From assembly GCA_905331295.1 (NCBI GenBank), contig CAJNYD010000571.1, forward strand, positions 62,001 to 110,153: a DNA stretch of 48,153 nucleotides, read 5' to 3'. The notes beneath the pieces were generated by a model. That model was not told the DNA's origin. It searched no databases and was given only the letters and a program-made list of their open reading frames with translations. Positions 1-13,300 of the stretch are shown piece by piece. The translations under genes and the position numbers were made by a program. The DNA comes from Rotaria socialis. Its lineage: Eukaryota. Every line of letters begins with the position of its first letter. Position 1 is the first letter of the stretch.

Positions 1-806
1 TTTCGTCAGACTAGTACATTTTCCCGTGTATTACTAGCATATTATTTCTACCGTTTAATTCATTTTATGATACACCAATATACATCATACATTTTAATCA
101 AATAGATTTAAAGATGAACAATCATACCACTATAATTATTATAATCTGAAATTTACAAGTTCATCTTTTTAAACATACGAGGCCACTCTTTGGCTGGTTA
201 GGAAAAAGTTTACAGGGAAAAATAACTTGTTGTAGAAGAAAGAAATGTTACACTAGTGCTTATCGTAACTTCTTCTGTCTGCCCTCTTTTTTTTCTATTA
301 TTCTTTGAAAGTATAATTAGAAAGGAAAAAAAGATCAACCTGTTAACTAGACAACCATCGAAGTGTGATAATTCAAATACATCTTCAACATTCGTTTGTA
401 TTTATGCATAACGCATCTCTTCTTCTATGAGGTCATATATCTACGATCATTTTACTTCATGATACTTTAACTGTCTCTATAACCTGTCGGATGAAAATCT
501 TCGATATTATATTTTTTTCAAACTTCTACGCTAATTAACGTCCATGCGCCGCTATCCTATGTTAGCCGAAGCATCAAAACGAAACAAATCGATATGTTGT
601 AATTCACCTGACATATAAATCGTCAATACCTGCTTTTTTTGTTTTGGCCTTATTTGCCTAAAAGAGAGAACGAAAAAAAAGAGGAAAAAGACGGGGATCA
701 CGTTTGTCTTTGTGTGATCACTGTGTCGTTCACGCGTGACAGATTCAATGCGGGTATCTTTTTTATTGCTTACTCACATACAAAAAAAGCGATTTTCATA
801 TTAAAT

Positions 807-1382
807 ATGTCAATCGAAGATATCGACGCAAAAAGTGTTCAACAATTCGATCCTTATCGTGCTACTGGTCTCTGGCATATCATAGCGACTAATGATAATA
901 TGTGGAAAAGCAAACTAACTCCTACAATAACTTATAGTATTCATGAAAATTTGCCAGATGGGCGCGTTCGCATGAATAATCTTGTTGAATATTATAGTAA
1001 ACAACTTTGCGTTGGCTATCGTCCGACGAGTATAGAAGGTATTGACACTCAAGTATCAATTAAACCAAGTCGTTATCAATGGCGAGGTAGCGGTATACTG
1101 AAACTCTTTACTAACGAATCGGGTTTCATTTTTGTTGATAACGAAACAGCACCTGATCGACCTTATCAGTGGATAGCAAAAATATATAGCCCAACAATTT
1201 TTTCTAGCGGTGGAATCGATTTAATGACTCGTACACGACACCCACCGACACATGTACTTAATGATTTCGTACAATTTTGTCGAGACGACTCCGTAATAAG
1301 ACCGAGATCGGCGAATATGTTTTATACTCGAGAAAAAGCTGATAATGAAATTTATTATATAAGAGATCTTCAATTAGATTAA
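807..1382 (+). CDS. Intronless lipocalin/calycin-fold protein (~191 aa), similar to an uncharacterised fungal/bacterial lipocalin-like family
   Basis: First ATG is at 807 (MSIEDIDAK...). Has an N-terminal lipocalin SCR1-like motif FDPYRATGLWHIIATN, followed by MWKSK..TITY, EGIDT, WRGSGILKLF and PTIFSSGGIDLMTR blocks, which I recall from fungal/bacterial lipocalin-like proteins. No introns. Confidence 0.6.
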   Translation: MSIEDIDAKSVQQFDPYRATGLWHIIATNDNMWKSKLTPTITYSIHENLPDGRVRMNNLVEYYSKQLCVGYRPTSIEGIDTQVSIKPSRYQWRGSGILKLFTNESGFIFVDNETAPDRPYQWIAKIYSPTIFSSGGIDLMTRTRHPPTHVLNDFVQFCRDDSVIRPRSANMFYTREKADNEIYYIRDLQLD

Positions 1383-3674
1383 TAAGAAGTAACGGAAACA
1401 AAAAATACAATCCTTCAGTTTTTCTATTAAATATTATTTGTATTTTTTTTAATTCATCGATTTAAAAAGTCGCGAGATTTCTCAACTAATAATTTCTTTT
1501 TCGATTTATGTGATAAATATTACCGTTATTGTTGTTTCTTTTTTAAATAATAATTTTTTATAATTCTATGTAAACAAGAAAAATTCTAACTATTGCTTTG
1601 TTTTAATAATTTTCACATTTTCTCCACAAAAACCACCAAATATTTATGAACAATCGAATTAGATTTCATAAAACACAAAATAAATTGTTCGTTCAATATC
1701 GATAATTTTAATTAAAAAGAAAAATACGAATTATTGATCGCAAATATACAATTAAATTTGGAAAAGTTTCTATTGCAATTTTTAGTAGAATTTCTTTTTA
1801 TTAGATTTTCTCTTCTTAATAGAAAAATGAAATCATAAATCTTTCTTTTTCGACTCATACTCATTAAAATTCGTAGACACTTCAACTATGCATAATCAAC
1901 AGATATTTACAATTCATACCTAGCTGTGCACAACTGAATTAATATTATAAAATCTCATCATCGACTAATAGACAAGCGGGTCTATTGATTTACTTTTTTT
2001 GAAGTATTATGAAAAGGAAACAAAGAGTGGCTTTTCAGTTCCTAGAGAAAATAGCAATTTCAAATGGTACTGACACGCAGAAAAGATCCTGTATCAGTTT
2101 CGGTCATGATCAAAATTCATTATACGTTTTTTAAAGAATGGCATTCATTGAACAACATAATTGTTAATGTCTATTACAGGGGAAATGGCGAGGCGGTTAC
2201 ACGCTTACAGGCAAAACTCTCGAGTCTATCATACAACATTGATATCTATTCAAATTTGATCTGAATATTAGTTAGGAAGCACCACATGCTTGAGAATTGT
2301 CGTTATCATAAGTATGATTAAATCCGAGAATTTCAGGGCATGCTGACCTTTTTCTTTACCAATAATTCATAAGTTAATGTTGATTTTAATAAGTATACTG
2401 ACTTTTAGTTTTGACAGCTGCGAGTAAAAGAAAACAAAATGTATTACTTGGAAAGCAGGATATAATTTACTACGTTGATGTACAATCTATCTACAAGTCA
2501 GACATTTAATATCATTTTTCCATATTAAATATATGGAAAAGTCATCAAATTAAAAATATAACTTCAATTTAGTTTTCTTATCTCGAAATAGCACTACTTA
2601 TAAAATTTTAATTATTATTACGCTAATGAATTCTTTTTAGTATCCATTTTGACTATACACTATGCGATACTAAATAGCAGACTATGAAGTTAAAAGTCAC
2701 GCTTAAACATAAATACTTGATGTAAATGTTGCATGAGACGGCGAAAAGTTTTACTCGCAAAAACATTACTACTAATTGAAATATGCACAGGTCTATAGAA
2801 AGCTTTTTAATTTAAATAATAAAAAAGGCGACGCAATTCACTCTACTTACTTAGAAATTTATTAGGCTATTTAGATCAGTCAATGATAACGCATAAAATA
2901 TACTTGTTCTATTGGTTACGCTTTTACAACAAAGAACTCACGTCTTATCTTCTAGTAGTTTTATTCGTCTTTCACATTCTCACATACCAACGAAGAGTCA
3001 AATGGCATCTATACTGTTCTCGTATTTTTCACTAATGGATCTGAAGAACAAGAAAAATGTTTCTTCATACGTGATTGTATGTTGACAATGCAAGCGAATT
3101 AAAAAGAATCTATGTTAAACAATTCTATGGAGAAGACAATCGTCTATTTTTAGTTGAAACTACTTTTAATGTAAAGATTAACTAAGGCATTCACACCAGT
3201 TTTGCATAGAATATGTCCTCTGAGTTCTAATTCTCTCTGTAGAAAATCAATATACAATAAAAAAGTATTCATTAAAAGAAATAGAACTTAACCCTTCCAA
3301 CTCAAAATAGACATGTTTGTAAAGTAGATTAACTATTTGGTGATGATACATTACTTTTAACTTTTAAATTAAAAGAATCCTAGATGAATAGTAGAGTTTA
3401 GGCTAGTAAAAAAAACTAGCTTGTTTATTTTTCAATAGTTTGATACGATCGTTTTTGAAATAGTCTATTTATCTTTCGTCTGCGCATGCCTAGGTCCGAA
3501 CGACGGAATTTCACAAGAATGTAGTTCCGCAAGTATTCGAGTTATTTTTAAAATGAGATTCTTTTTTTGTTTCGTTTTTGCTACTCTTCCACAATAATTT
3601 AAAAATTATATTTTATTTTATTATTTATTGATTTATTAGTATTTATTTACATTTACAATTTTTATTTTTATTTT

Positions 3675-3712
3675 ACAAACGTTTCGAAAGCGTCAGCTTT
3701 CTTCGTCAGTGT
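3675..3712 (-). ncRNA. Minimal type-I hammerhead ribozyme motif (inverted copy)
   Basis: Minus strand reads aca-CTGACGA-a-GAAAGC-tgac-GCTTTC-GAAAC-GTT-tgt. Confidence 0.7.
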
Positions 3713-3947
3713 GTTTAAAACAGAACAAATAGAATAATGATGCGACGAGCGTGTGATGCTATATGTTTTTTCTTTTTCTTCTTCTTCTTATGATACTGGT
3801 ACGGAAGAAGATACAATATAACCTCTATCTCGTCCAGTTTACCGTCTTGTTCATTCTTCCGTACCAGTATCATAAGAAGAAGAAAAAGAAAAAACATATA
3901 GCATCACACGCTCGTCGCATCATTATTCTATTTGTTCTGTTTTAAAC

Positions 3948-3985
3948 ACACTGACGAAGAAAGCGGACGCTTTNGAAACGTTTGT
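3948..3985 (+). ncRNA. Minimal type-I hammerhead ribozyme motif (PLE type)
   Basis: aca-CTGACGA-a-GAAAGC-ggac-GCTTTn-GAAAC-GTT-tgt: CUGANGA and GAAA core, 6-bp stem II, palindromic AACGTT stem III, short aca/tgt stem I. Confidence 0.7.
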
Positions 3986-4912
3986 AAAATAAAAATAAAA
4001 ATTGTAAATGTAAATAAATACTAATAAATCAATAAATAATAAAATAAAATATAATTTTTAAATTATTGTGGAAGAGTAGCAAAAACGAAACAAAATTATA
4101 ATGACCTTCCAATTAACCACAAAACAATAAGATTCTTTCCCTTCAACATAAAATTAACACATGATGCATGCTCTGTTGATTTGACGTGTTAGATATTCGA
4201 TTATTCACTGAATTCTTCGAAAAATACTCTACCATTTATTTATTATTATTCTGAAGAACATTTTAATGTGTTTTTCTCCGGAATAAAATCCTAATGCTAA
4301 TCAACAGCTACGCTAAATTAGAATTTCTTTTTTATCAATTACTTACAATGGAATGGTTGTTTGTTTTTGATTTAATACGTTTACACATATGTGAGTCAAA
4401 TTTACGCATTCAAAATCTAGACTGTTTTTACTCTATACAGACTGAATTATTCTAATAGAGAGCTTGCGATTGAAGATTTTCTTTTCGCAACATACGAACA
4501 GATCTTATAAGTAAAGCTTGTTTCGAAGAAAAGGTACTCGAGAAATGCTAACATTTAAAAATGCAAATTATCATGGTTTGAAGCTTTTAGTTTTATAAGA
4601 AATTTATTTTTAATTTGAAGTGTATTTTTTCTTGTTTCAACTCAATGAGTTCAGTTCAACCATGGTGGAAGAGGAGACTGTCAGTACCTGGAATTTCAAT
4701 TAGTTCACTAATAAGATAAAGATGCTTAATTTAAAATATTACAAGCTATGAAAGCCAAGGCTGGTCTATATTTTAAAATAATTATTTTTCCATTGGAATC
4801 GTTCGTGTGATCCCAATAAACTTTATCCTATTTACAAACCATGTCAACATATTTTTCTTTAGATATTATAATTGAAGATTTCTTGGCATATAATTTGTCT
4901 AATGTGCCTATA

Positions 4913-5104
4913 CCCCTACACAGAATAGAAGCCCACCCCCTGGGTTAGATTTCTCCGTTGAAAATCAAGGTTTACTTCATGAAAAATGAAAGGATGAACA
5001 TTTCTCTATCAAATAACGCAAAAACTGGCATCAGGGCATGTTTTGTTACAGAAGTATAGCTTGCGAAGCAGAGACACCACCCATGGGCTTCTATTCTGTA
5101 GGGG
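4913..5104. mobile_element. Small MITE-like TIR element
   Basis: cccctaca(ca)gaatagaagccca at 4913 is inverted-complementary to tgggcttctattctgtagggg ending 5104. Confidence 0.6.
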
Positions 5105-5409
5105 GATTTATTGCTAAAGATTTTAAAAGCGTGCCTCAAAATGTCAGAAGAATCTCTTGAATCGTTGTGCCAAAGTTATCGCGCTATGGAAAACGAATGC
5201 TCATACGTATGAAGACAAAAGGACAATGTAAAACCATGTCTAAATGTGAAATTTCATATTTAAGTATTTTTATCAATATGATAATTAACATTAGTAGAGA
5301 TGTAAACTTAAATCTAATATAGTACCTGCTAAACAGTCGATGTTTTACATTTATTTATTTATTTATTTTTATTTACAGTTGTAAATAAAGAAAAAATATC
5401 TAATATGAA

Positions 5410-6240
5410 ATGTTACTACATAAACCTGTCATATTCAAGCTCGATTTTGCTCATAGCTTGTACATTATTCATGTCAAGTAGAAATAACTTTTTGTTCTAT
5501 AAAATTCTTCATGAATTCTTTAACAAAATTCTTATTCGTATAATCCAACGGCAATTTTTAGTTTTCTCAAGTAATCGATACGAAAGTAAGATAAACCGCT
5601 GATTAGATCTTGTGAAAGTCGGGTTTACTGTAGCAGAGGAAGTCATAATTATTTAACTATATTCGTACGAGGTAAACATTGCCAGACTCTCTTCAATTAA
5701 GATAGTTCCTTCTCTGTTAAAAACCATAATTCATTGGTTCATGCTTTAAGAATATTTTCTTCTTTCTTTGTTATATTTACATTTAATTATACGATTAACA
5801 GCAAAAGATGTCTTGTGAGTGTACCGATTATTCAGAATTGGCACCTAGATCGGTACATAAGTTTTTATGAGTCTTGTGTTGCTGCAATATTCTGATCGGA
5901 TTTCAGTTCTCGTAATGATTAAAGAAAGAGAAAAGCATTTATTAATTTTCTATAGATGACATTTTTATTTGGGACAATATTTCATACTTGATTTGCATGC
6001 AGAATTTCTAATATATCACTACACTAGATCATTATTTGCCAATGGACATTTTTATGCTTACAAAATAAATCTATCATATATTCAATTTCCTCATATTTAC
6101 AATCATTAGAGCTTTCCATTTTATCGATTCTCTTATTTTCTTCTTCTCTAGTTCCTATCCTTTTCCTGAATGTTAATTTACTTATCATGCAATAAAACAA
6201 GCTCAATCTTTCTTTTATCATACTATTCATTCATACATTT
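5410..6240 (-). pseudogene. Possible decayed protein-coding sequence of unknown family
   Basis: Minus strand reads as protein-like text interrupted by TAA/TGA stops (ELWFLTEKELS*LKRVWQCLPRTNIVK*L*LPLLQ*TRLSQDLISGLSYFRIDYLRKLK). No family recognised. Confidence 0.25.
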
Positions 6241-7607
6241 TATGAGGAACTCTCAACGAGACGAGGAAAATATTTTTTAAGTACTATTTCTATGATGGAG
6301 TATTTCTAATGAGATAAAGCGTATTTCGAAATTAAAACAATTTTCTTTCTAATTAACAATGCGTCTGATTTTTTTACAAGCAACTGTAGATGATGTTAAA
6401 ATAGAGCAGATTTGCATTAGTACACTTGCCATATTCGTATTCGTTTAGTAAGTAGGTTGTTAGATGAAAGATTCACTTACTATTCGCACTCGCTTTACTC
6501 AAACTTATACCATAACGTTCTTCTGCCGATGTTTGCGTCCAATACATTTTTAATGAATTTTCAGAAAATTAAAACAAGCAAATTCGTTTATTGAAAAATT
6601 TTGCATCTAAGATTATACAATATCGATCGAATAGAAGTATTCATAAACTGAAATCGAATAAATTTACGTACCTCACTGGAAGTTCTTTTAAACTTTGGAT
6701 GTAACAGTTTAAGCCGACTGTAATTTTGAAACTGAGATAGATTCGTTGATTAAAATTTCAACTAATAAATATATATATTTTTTTAAAAAATAATTGTAAC
6801 GTTGCTTGATTGACGCTAGGGAAGCAAACAAGATGATTATTTAGTAAGCAGACGGTTTTAAAATAGAATTTACATCGATTTTGCAATGTGATCCAAGCGA
6901 TTGAATACGTTTTAGGATAGTCGACTAGTTGTCGTGAGTTATTACTTATTTAACCAACTTATTTGAGTGAATATTATTCTTGAAATAGACTATTCACTGA
7001 TTTATTTCAAAATCTTTTTTTGTTCTTTAAAATTTATGATAGAAGAGAAGAATGAAAATATTTAATTCATTCTATTAATATGATTTCTTTATAACTCAAT
7101 TTTTTGTTGCAATATTTTTGTAAATTCATTGCTTCAACTTTTTCTCTTCCATCACAAGGACTTTCACTTCATGAAAAACATGTCCATGTTTACACGTATC
7201 TATAGTTATATTTGCAGTTGAATTCCAATGTTATAGTAATAAATCGTTTTTTTTAAACTGCATGCTGTTCTCTCTGATTCTTCTTCACACCAATACTCTA
7301 GGCTAAGTAGAATTTTTTCATCTTCGATTTGCATAAATCACCAAAACCTTACTGCTAAGATTTCTCTCTTGTGTAATAATGAATATTGCAAGAGAAAATT
7401 TACACTTTTTTATTTATTTGGTCACGTCACCTTATATGGCCTACTTGTGAAGCATATTGCATACATCTGACATCTGAGTAGAGCTTTTAACAGATAATGT
7501 CAATGGTGAAAAGCAATGATGAGTCATCTTATTCAAATAGAAACGTTAATTGATTCAATTTACAGATATTGTTGTTGTGTGAAGCAGAAAAAAAATATTT
7601 GAGTCGC

Positions 7608-8697
7608 ATGTCCGAAGAAGAAAAGCATTCGTTTAAAATCCAAGCGGTCAATCGGCGTTTTTTACCATTCGATTTAGGTTAATTAATAGATTTTCTTTTT
7701 CTAAAGAAATATCTTGTTTTTCGTTTAGAAAAAGAAAAAGAATGGCGAGGTCCATTTTTTTTCGTGCAAGGTGCTGACTGTCAGCCAGGTTTGACGTATC
7801 GATGGACTGGTACTCGTCGAGTTGAATGTACTCCTGATATGCCTATGAAGTAATGAACCAAGAAACAACAGAATCTTGTTAGTAACAATGTTCTATTTGT
7901 ATTCTTGTTTAGATGGGATGTTGAAATTGAATCCACACGTGCTATTATTGAAAAACTCAATCAAATGAACCCGAAACCAAAATTTTTTGTCGTCTGCGGC
8001 GATATTGTTGATGCGTTTGATTGTAAGAAATAACATAAGTTTTATAGGTCGGTATTTGCTTTGTTTTTTTTCGTCAATTCTAGTCGAAGAACCATTTCGT
8101 TCACAGCAAGAAACTGATATAAAACAAGTGCTCAGCGAATTAGATCCTACAATTCCACTAGTATGTGTTTGTGGAAATCATGATGTCGGCGATGAACCGA
8201 CACGTTCAAGTATTCAACGATATATTGATCATTTCGGTGACGATTATTTTGATTTTTATTGTGGTGGAGTACATTGTATTGTTTTAAATTCACAATTTTA
8301 TGCACATTCATCGAATGTCGAAGATTTAAAATTACAGCATGAAAAATGGCTTGATGAAGTGTTACAGGATAAACAATCGAAGCATATAATTCTATTTCAA
8401 CATATTCCATGGTTTTTAAAAAACTTCGATGAAGAGAAAGATTATTTTAATATTGAAATCAGTACAAGACTTCGAATGCTTGAAAAATTTCATGCAGCGG
8501 GTGTGAAGAAAATTTTCTGTGGACACTATCATCGGAATACAGGCGGATCATATAAATCCATGGAAGAAGTCGTTACAAGCGCAATCGGTCTACAATTAGG
8601 AAAAGATAAATCAGGTGTTCGATTAGTCCGCGTGACAGAGAACGATATTGAACACAAATATTTTGAAACAGAAGATATTCCGGCAAATTTTCTATGA
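7608..8697 (+). CDS. CPPED1: Calcineurin-like metallophosphoesterase CPPED1
   Basis: Exons 7608-7677, 7729-7849, 7913-8022, 8084-8697 splice in frame with GT-AG introns. Motifs: GPFFFVQGADCQPG, VVCGDIVD, GNHD, FQHIP, GHYHRN, VVTSAIGLQLG. Confidence 0.92.
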
Positions 8698-9912
8698 TGC
8701 AATTTTTCATCGTTCATTGAATAAAACACTCATTCGAATCATGACAAAACTCTTTATTTGCTCTTGCTATGCTTGTAGGAATTTATTGGCACGTCGATAC
8801 TCGAATTGTCCTATGCGAGATTTTCACACACGTATAAGCAAGTCATAAAATAATAGATAATTTATGAAAGAAAACAGATCGTCGTCATTCCGAATTAACA
8901 TTTTATTTTTATTTTAAGGCCGCTGCTGTGAATGACACGGTATTCTCTTATGTAAATAATTCAACACTTGCGAACATTTTCATAACGTCCTAGAGTGTAT
9001 AATTCGTTTTTTTGCAGGATCGATACAATACGAAAACAACACTCTCGAGAAATATGCTAAACACTTCTTCGCAGTAAAGGCTCATGGTAGCAGCAGTTTT
9101 GAAAATGATAAAAATAATCTTTATGATGTTTGAAAAATTTGATTATTACTTTTGACACGAGAGATGTTGAGACCTCTATGTGCATTAAATAAACAAATAG
9201 AAATGTAGAATGTTAAATTGACATTTGATATTGCAATATAAAAGAGTCGTGCATTAATTAGATGTATGATGATTATATTTTGAAGTCAAAGCGGAGTCTT
9301 TTTCTCATGTGGCGCTCGCTTGTATAGTAGAACAGCAAGCAATTCTTGATAACACTAACAGCAGGTTGGAGCGACTATGACCGCAGAGACGACTGCTGAA
9401 GCGTTGCGATCGCTCAAATGGAATCCCTGATGAGAATAAAGTGTTTTGACAAACTACAAAATTGAAAATTTTGATCCGAAACGTTGCCTACATACTGTGC
9501 CTTGTTTTACAGTAGTAATTGTCGAATATCTTATATTAAACAGTTTTCTTTCTCGCAAAGACATTTTTTTGTTATAATTACAAGTTTTCATATTATCTAA
9601 TGGCTATAAAATTTGCTCATTGAAAAACATTTTCTAAATAATTTGATACATTTTCCTTTCCAGCCATTGCCATTTCTTCATTGATGCAATACAACATTCC
9701 GAGGAGAGTAATGCAGCAGCTCTTAAAACATGATTTTATCTTTAATAATTATTAGTCGCATCATATGCAAAAAGAAATGAACGTGATCTGCAACTCTCGA
9801 TTATTTAGAGTTCTATTTTACTTTTTTAAAAATAAAAAAATCCTTGTGACTTATAAAAAAAATGTTGAACAACATCAACGAAATAAAATCAAGCAGGTTT
9901 AAGCAATTTGTA

Positions 9913-10230
9913 CGCGGACACTTTCACGATACGGCAGATTCAATCCGTTGATTTTCCCCAACAATGATCTAAGAATATATAGATAGGAGATCTATTTATC
10001 CTCTAGTTTCTGGCGGATCATAGACATTGAGCTTCTAATTCAAAACAGCGAGTCTCTCAAAGAACGATGGTAAAATGTGATTTTAAGTGTAAATAGAGGT
10101 CGTGAATGCGAAGTCTCTTTCTGGTCGTTTATTCTTGTTCCGGATTGACTTTTTTGCAATATCACCGAAGAATGTCTTCTTCAACATTCTCTTCAGAAAA
10201 AAATCTGTCCTACGGCGAAAGTGTCCGAGC
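9913..10230. repeat. Degenerate inverted-repeat element (old MITE)
   Basis: cggacactttcacgatacggcagatt (~9915-9940) vs aatctgtcctacggcgaaagtgtccg (~10202-10227). Confidence 0.35.
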
Positions 10231-10326
10231 GAATATCTGTCTGACTCTGAAAAGAGTGCGGGATTATGCATAGATTAACTAGATATATATATATATATAT
10301 ATGTTCATGTCTCTTATAATAAATCT

Positions 10327-13300
10327 TTATTCGTTATAATTATGGCTCCGATTTTCCTTGAGATGTAATGCATCACATTCGAGTTTCTAAGAAAGAAATA
10401 TCAAATAAAATAATTCATATCGTTGCATTATATTTACTTTGAATGCTTCACGTCGACGATGTTCCATTATGGACTTTTCAACTCGTACCCAATATGGTAC
10501 ATATTCAATAGTTGAGCGAATTACTTTACATAGTAAAATTAACAAATGCTAACGAAAAACACAAGAACATCAATTAATCGAATTTTTCATAGTTCGACAG
10601 AGAGAAGAAAAAAAGCTTACTTCGATACACACAAGTATAAAGATTTCTGCAGCAAATGGTAAATCAGGTACTAATCGACGAAAAACACCGCGTGTCGAAC
10701 AAAATATACAATTAATGATGATAGCTGCAAAAACCATATATTCCATTATTTTCTATACATAAACGGAGAAAAACAAAATCTCTTATGACATATTCTTCTA
10801 CCAATCGTTTTCTCTACCTGCCAATGGCCAATATCTTTTACACGTTGTGAAAATGGTCGTTGATAGATCATACATAATTTAAAGGCATCTGTACGAATTT
10901 CGATTATATTATTTAATAGAGAAAAAAATGCTGCTAGTGGAAACAATGTCGATAAGAATATAATATAACCAAATTGTATAACCATCTCTAGATAATCTTC
11001 ATATAAATCTTCCCATTTTGGTTGTGAACATTCGATTTCAGCTTGTGACAATGATAATGATTCAAAGGTGATGTCGGAACAACGACGATTGAGAGTATTA
11101 TCTGTTAGAATATCATCAACAGCTTTCGTCGTATAAGCATTGCTATCTTTTTGTCGTTCAGCTTTATCTAACTCAGAATTTCGCCATTCATCAAGAATAC
11201 GTGTTAGTTCTTTATTGAGATCTTTTCGTTCAGCATAACGAGCACGTTCTTTCTTACTCATTTGTATCAATACTGATAAACGCGCATTTGAGACTATGTA
11301 TGGGATAATAGCTTCCTAAAATAAATTATTTTATTCAAAAACTCAAAATGAATTTATTGTGACGCAGAAGAAGAACATTGCAGCGTCTGTTGATTCAAAG
11401 AGAATTTTCTTTGGAAATTACAACACTAGGGAAATTAGATTGTCCCGTGGTCATTCCCTTGGGAAATTCGCAATCAATTGTAGTTATAGGTCTCTGTATA
11501 GAAAAGGTCGAAAAAACGATGTCGAATAGTAAAAGGGCAGAAAAAAAACGCTGAATGTTGAAAAGATCGAAACAAGAAACGTCGAATGATAGTTTCGTCG
11601 AGAAAAAAATGCCGAAAATTTTAAAATAAGATAGCTTGGATTATTCAAATGTAAATAACTTTATTGGTGCTTTAAAAATAGAACTCGTTTAAAATCAGAC
11701 CTACATGAATGTGGGTATGGATGTGCGTATGAGTAAGGATGAGGGCGACTGTGCGGGTGACAGTGAGGAACAGGTGAGCGTGAGGATGTGGGTACTCTGA
11801 ACGGCAATGCCAACATCCGAACGCTCTAGATCGTCGTGTCATACACTTTAAAAAAGCTAAGTTCTATACCGAACTTAAAGGTTCAGCAAAGAATATAAAA
11901 CCTTAAAACGTTCTTTCCTCGGCAGATGAGAAGAATCTTTTTGAAGGTTTCGAAAAAATTCTAAAAAGTTTCGTACCAATCGACGGAACTTAAAATGGTT
12001 TCGCATGAAAGTACAAATCCTTGAGGCTTAGTGATAAGCCTTTTAAGGTTTTCACAGAGCCTTACAAGGTTCAGCCGTGTGCCCGAGGGAAGAACCTCTT
12101 TTAGAGTGTACAATGGACAATCAGAAAAATATCAGAAAATAACTCCTGCTGCCAACAGGATACAATTCAATGCTAAATTGTTTACTTAAATCATTCTCGA
12201 CTTTTTCAATATTTTTGTAAGTTCGACATTTTTTGTTTCGACCTTTTCTATACCATTCGTAATTATCTTATCTATAATCCTTTAAAACGAACGTATGAAT
12301 TTTAAATCTTTAATGGTCTTCTTCTTCACGAAAACAACGTTCTCTATTTTCCTTTATTGTTCCAATAAAATCTCTTACTACAGTATACTGATACTTAAAT
12401 CCAACATTGCTAACTGTCCAACAAATCCTTTGAATGCGTCTAGCAGAGCAAACTTTTTTACTTTAATATTTCCCCAAAATTGTTTGATGACGAAAATTGT
12501 TGTCAATTGCTAAAATCGATCAAAAACATCATTCAGCTTGTATTTCATGATCTTACTTACATGAGACAATCGAATATATTTATGAGTAAAAAGAGCGATA
12601 TAGAAAACACTAAAATATGAGTTCACGCAGGCACACTAAAATAAAGCATATTGATTTATGTAAACTTAAAAGACGACCTACAGCAAATAACTTTCCAACC
12701 ATTTGATCATCATGCTTTTGTTGCTCCCGATAGTTTTCTATAAAAAAAAATAAACATTGATAACAAATAAATGTTGCATTTATTTATCACCTTTAATTGT
12801 TAACCAACGACAAACACTTTTATAAACATCACTAAATATTGTTGTAACTAATGCTAATAAAATTTTTGGAAACAATTCTGTTAATGACATGAGATCTATT
12901 TAAAAACATCGAATTTTTTTTCTTTTCGCATTTTGTAAAATAATCTATTCATACGTGGTAAATGGCCATCTTTCAATTGTCTATCAACCCAACTTTGAAA
13001 ACGTATTATAAGAAGTATAAGAAATGAAACAAGTACTATGTTAATACCAATCATGGGGATTGTTACAAACAAACGAAATAATAAGCGCTTCCAACTTGGA
13101 TAATATACTTCATTTTGATGTGTGACGGATGAACGACGTAATTCACCTGTATATGCTGATCGGGTTGCTTCGATTTGTTCCATATCAAGTGTATTCCATT
13201 TAAAAGCTAATTCTGCTTGCCGACGCCGCCAAAAAATAAGAAACCCTATGGCCCATATGATATTTAAAAATGCATTTATGACAAATAGTTTATCATCGAG

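Larger units (their letters stand above)
3565..4125 (+). mobile_element. Penelope-like element (PLE) remnant: inverted pLTR + sense pLTR with ~30-nt tail, flanked by a TSD
   Basis: Inverted arms are 3565-3809 and 3854-4095 with a 44-nt spacer. The right arm is extended by a tail (4096-4125). Direct repeat agattcttt at 3556-3564 and 4130-4138 (13 bp with one mismatch). Each arm contains a hammerhead core. Confidence 0.7.

Noticed and set aside
639..806. N-terminal extension of the 247-aa ORF
   Set aside because: It starts at TTG, so it is not a normal eukaryotic start. The first ATG is 807.
3150..3350. Exon-intron-exon-like pattern on the minus strand (RELELRGHILCK...)
   Set aside because: Too short and cannot be extended into a gene model.
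3715..3945. Two near-identical 60-aa ORFs on opposite strands
   Set aside because: They are a by-product of the palindrome and are low-complexity, not genes.
9285..9520. GC-richer block with acceptor/donor-like sites on the minus strand
   Set aside because: Only short frames, no start context and no recognisable product.
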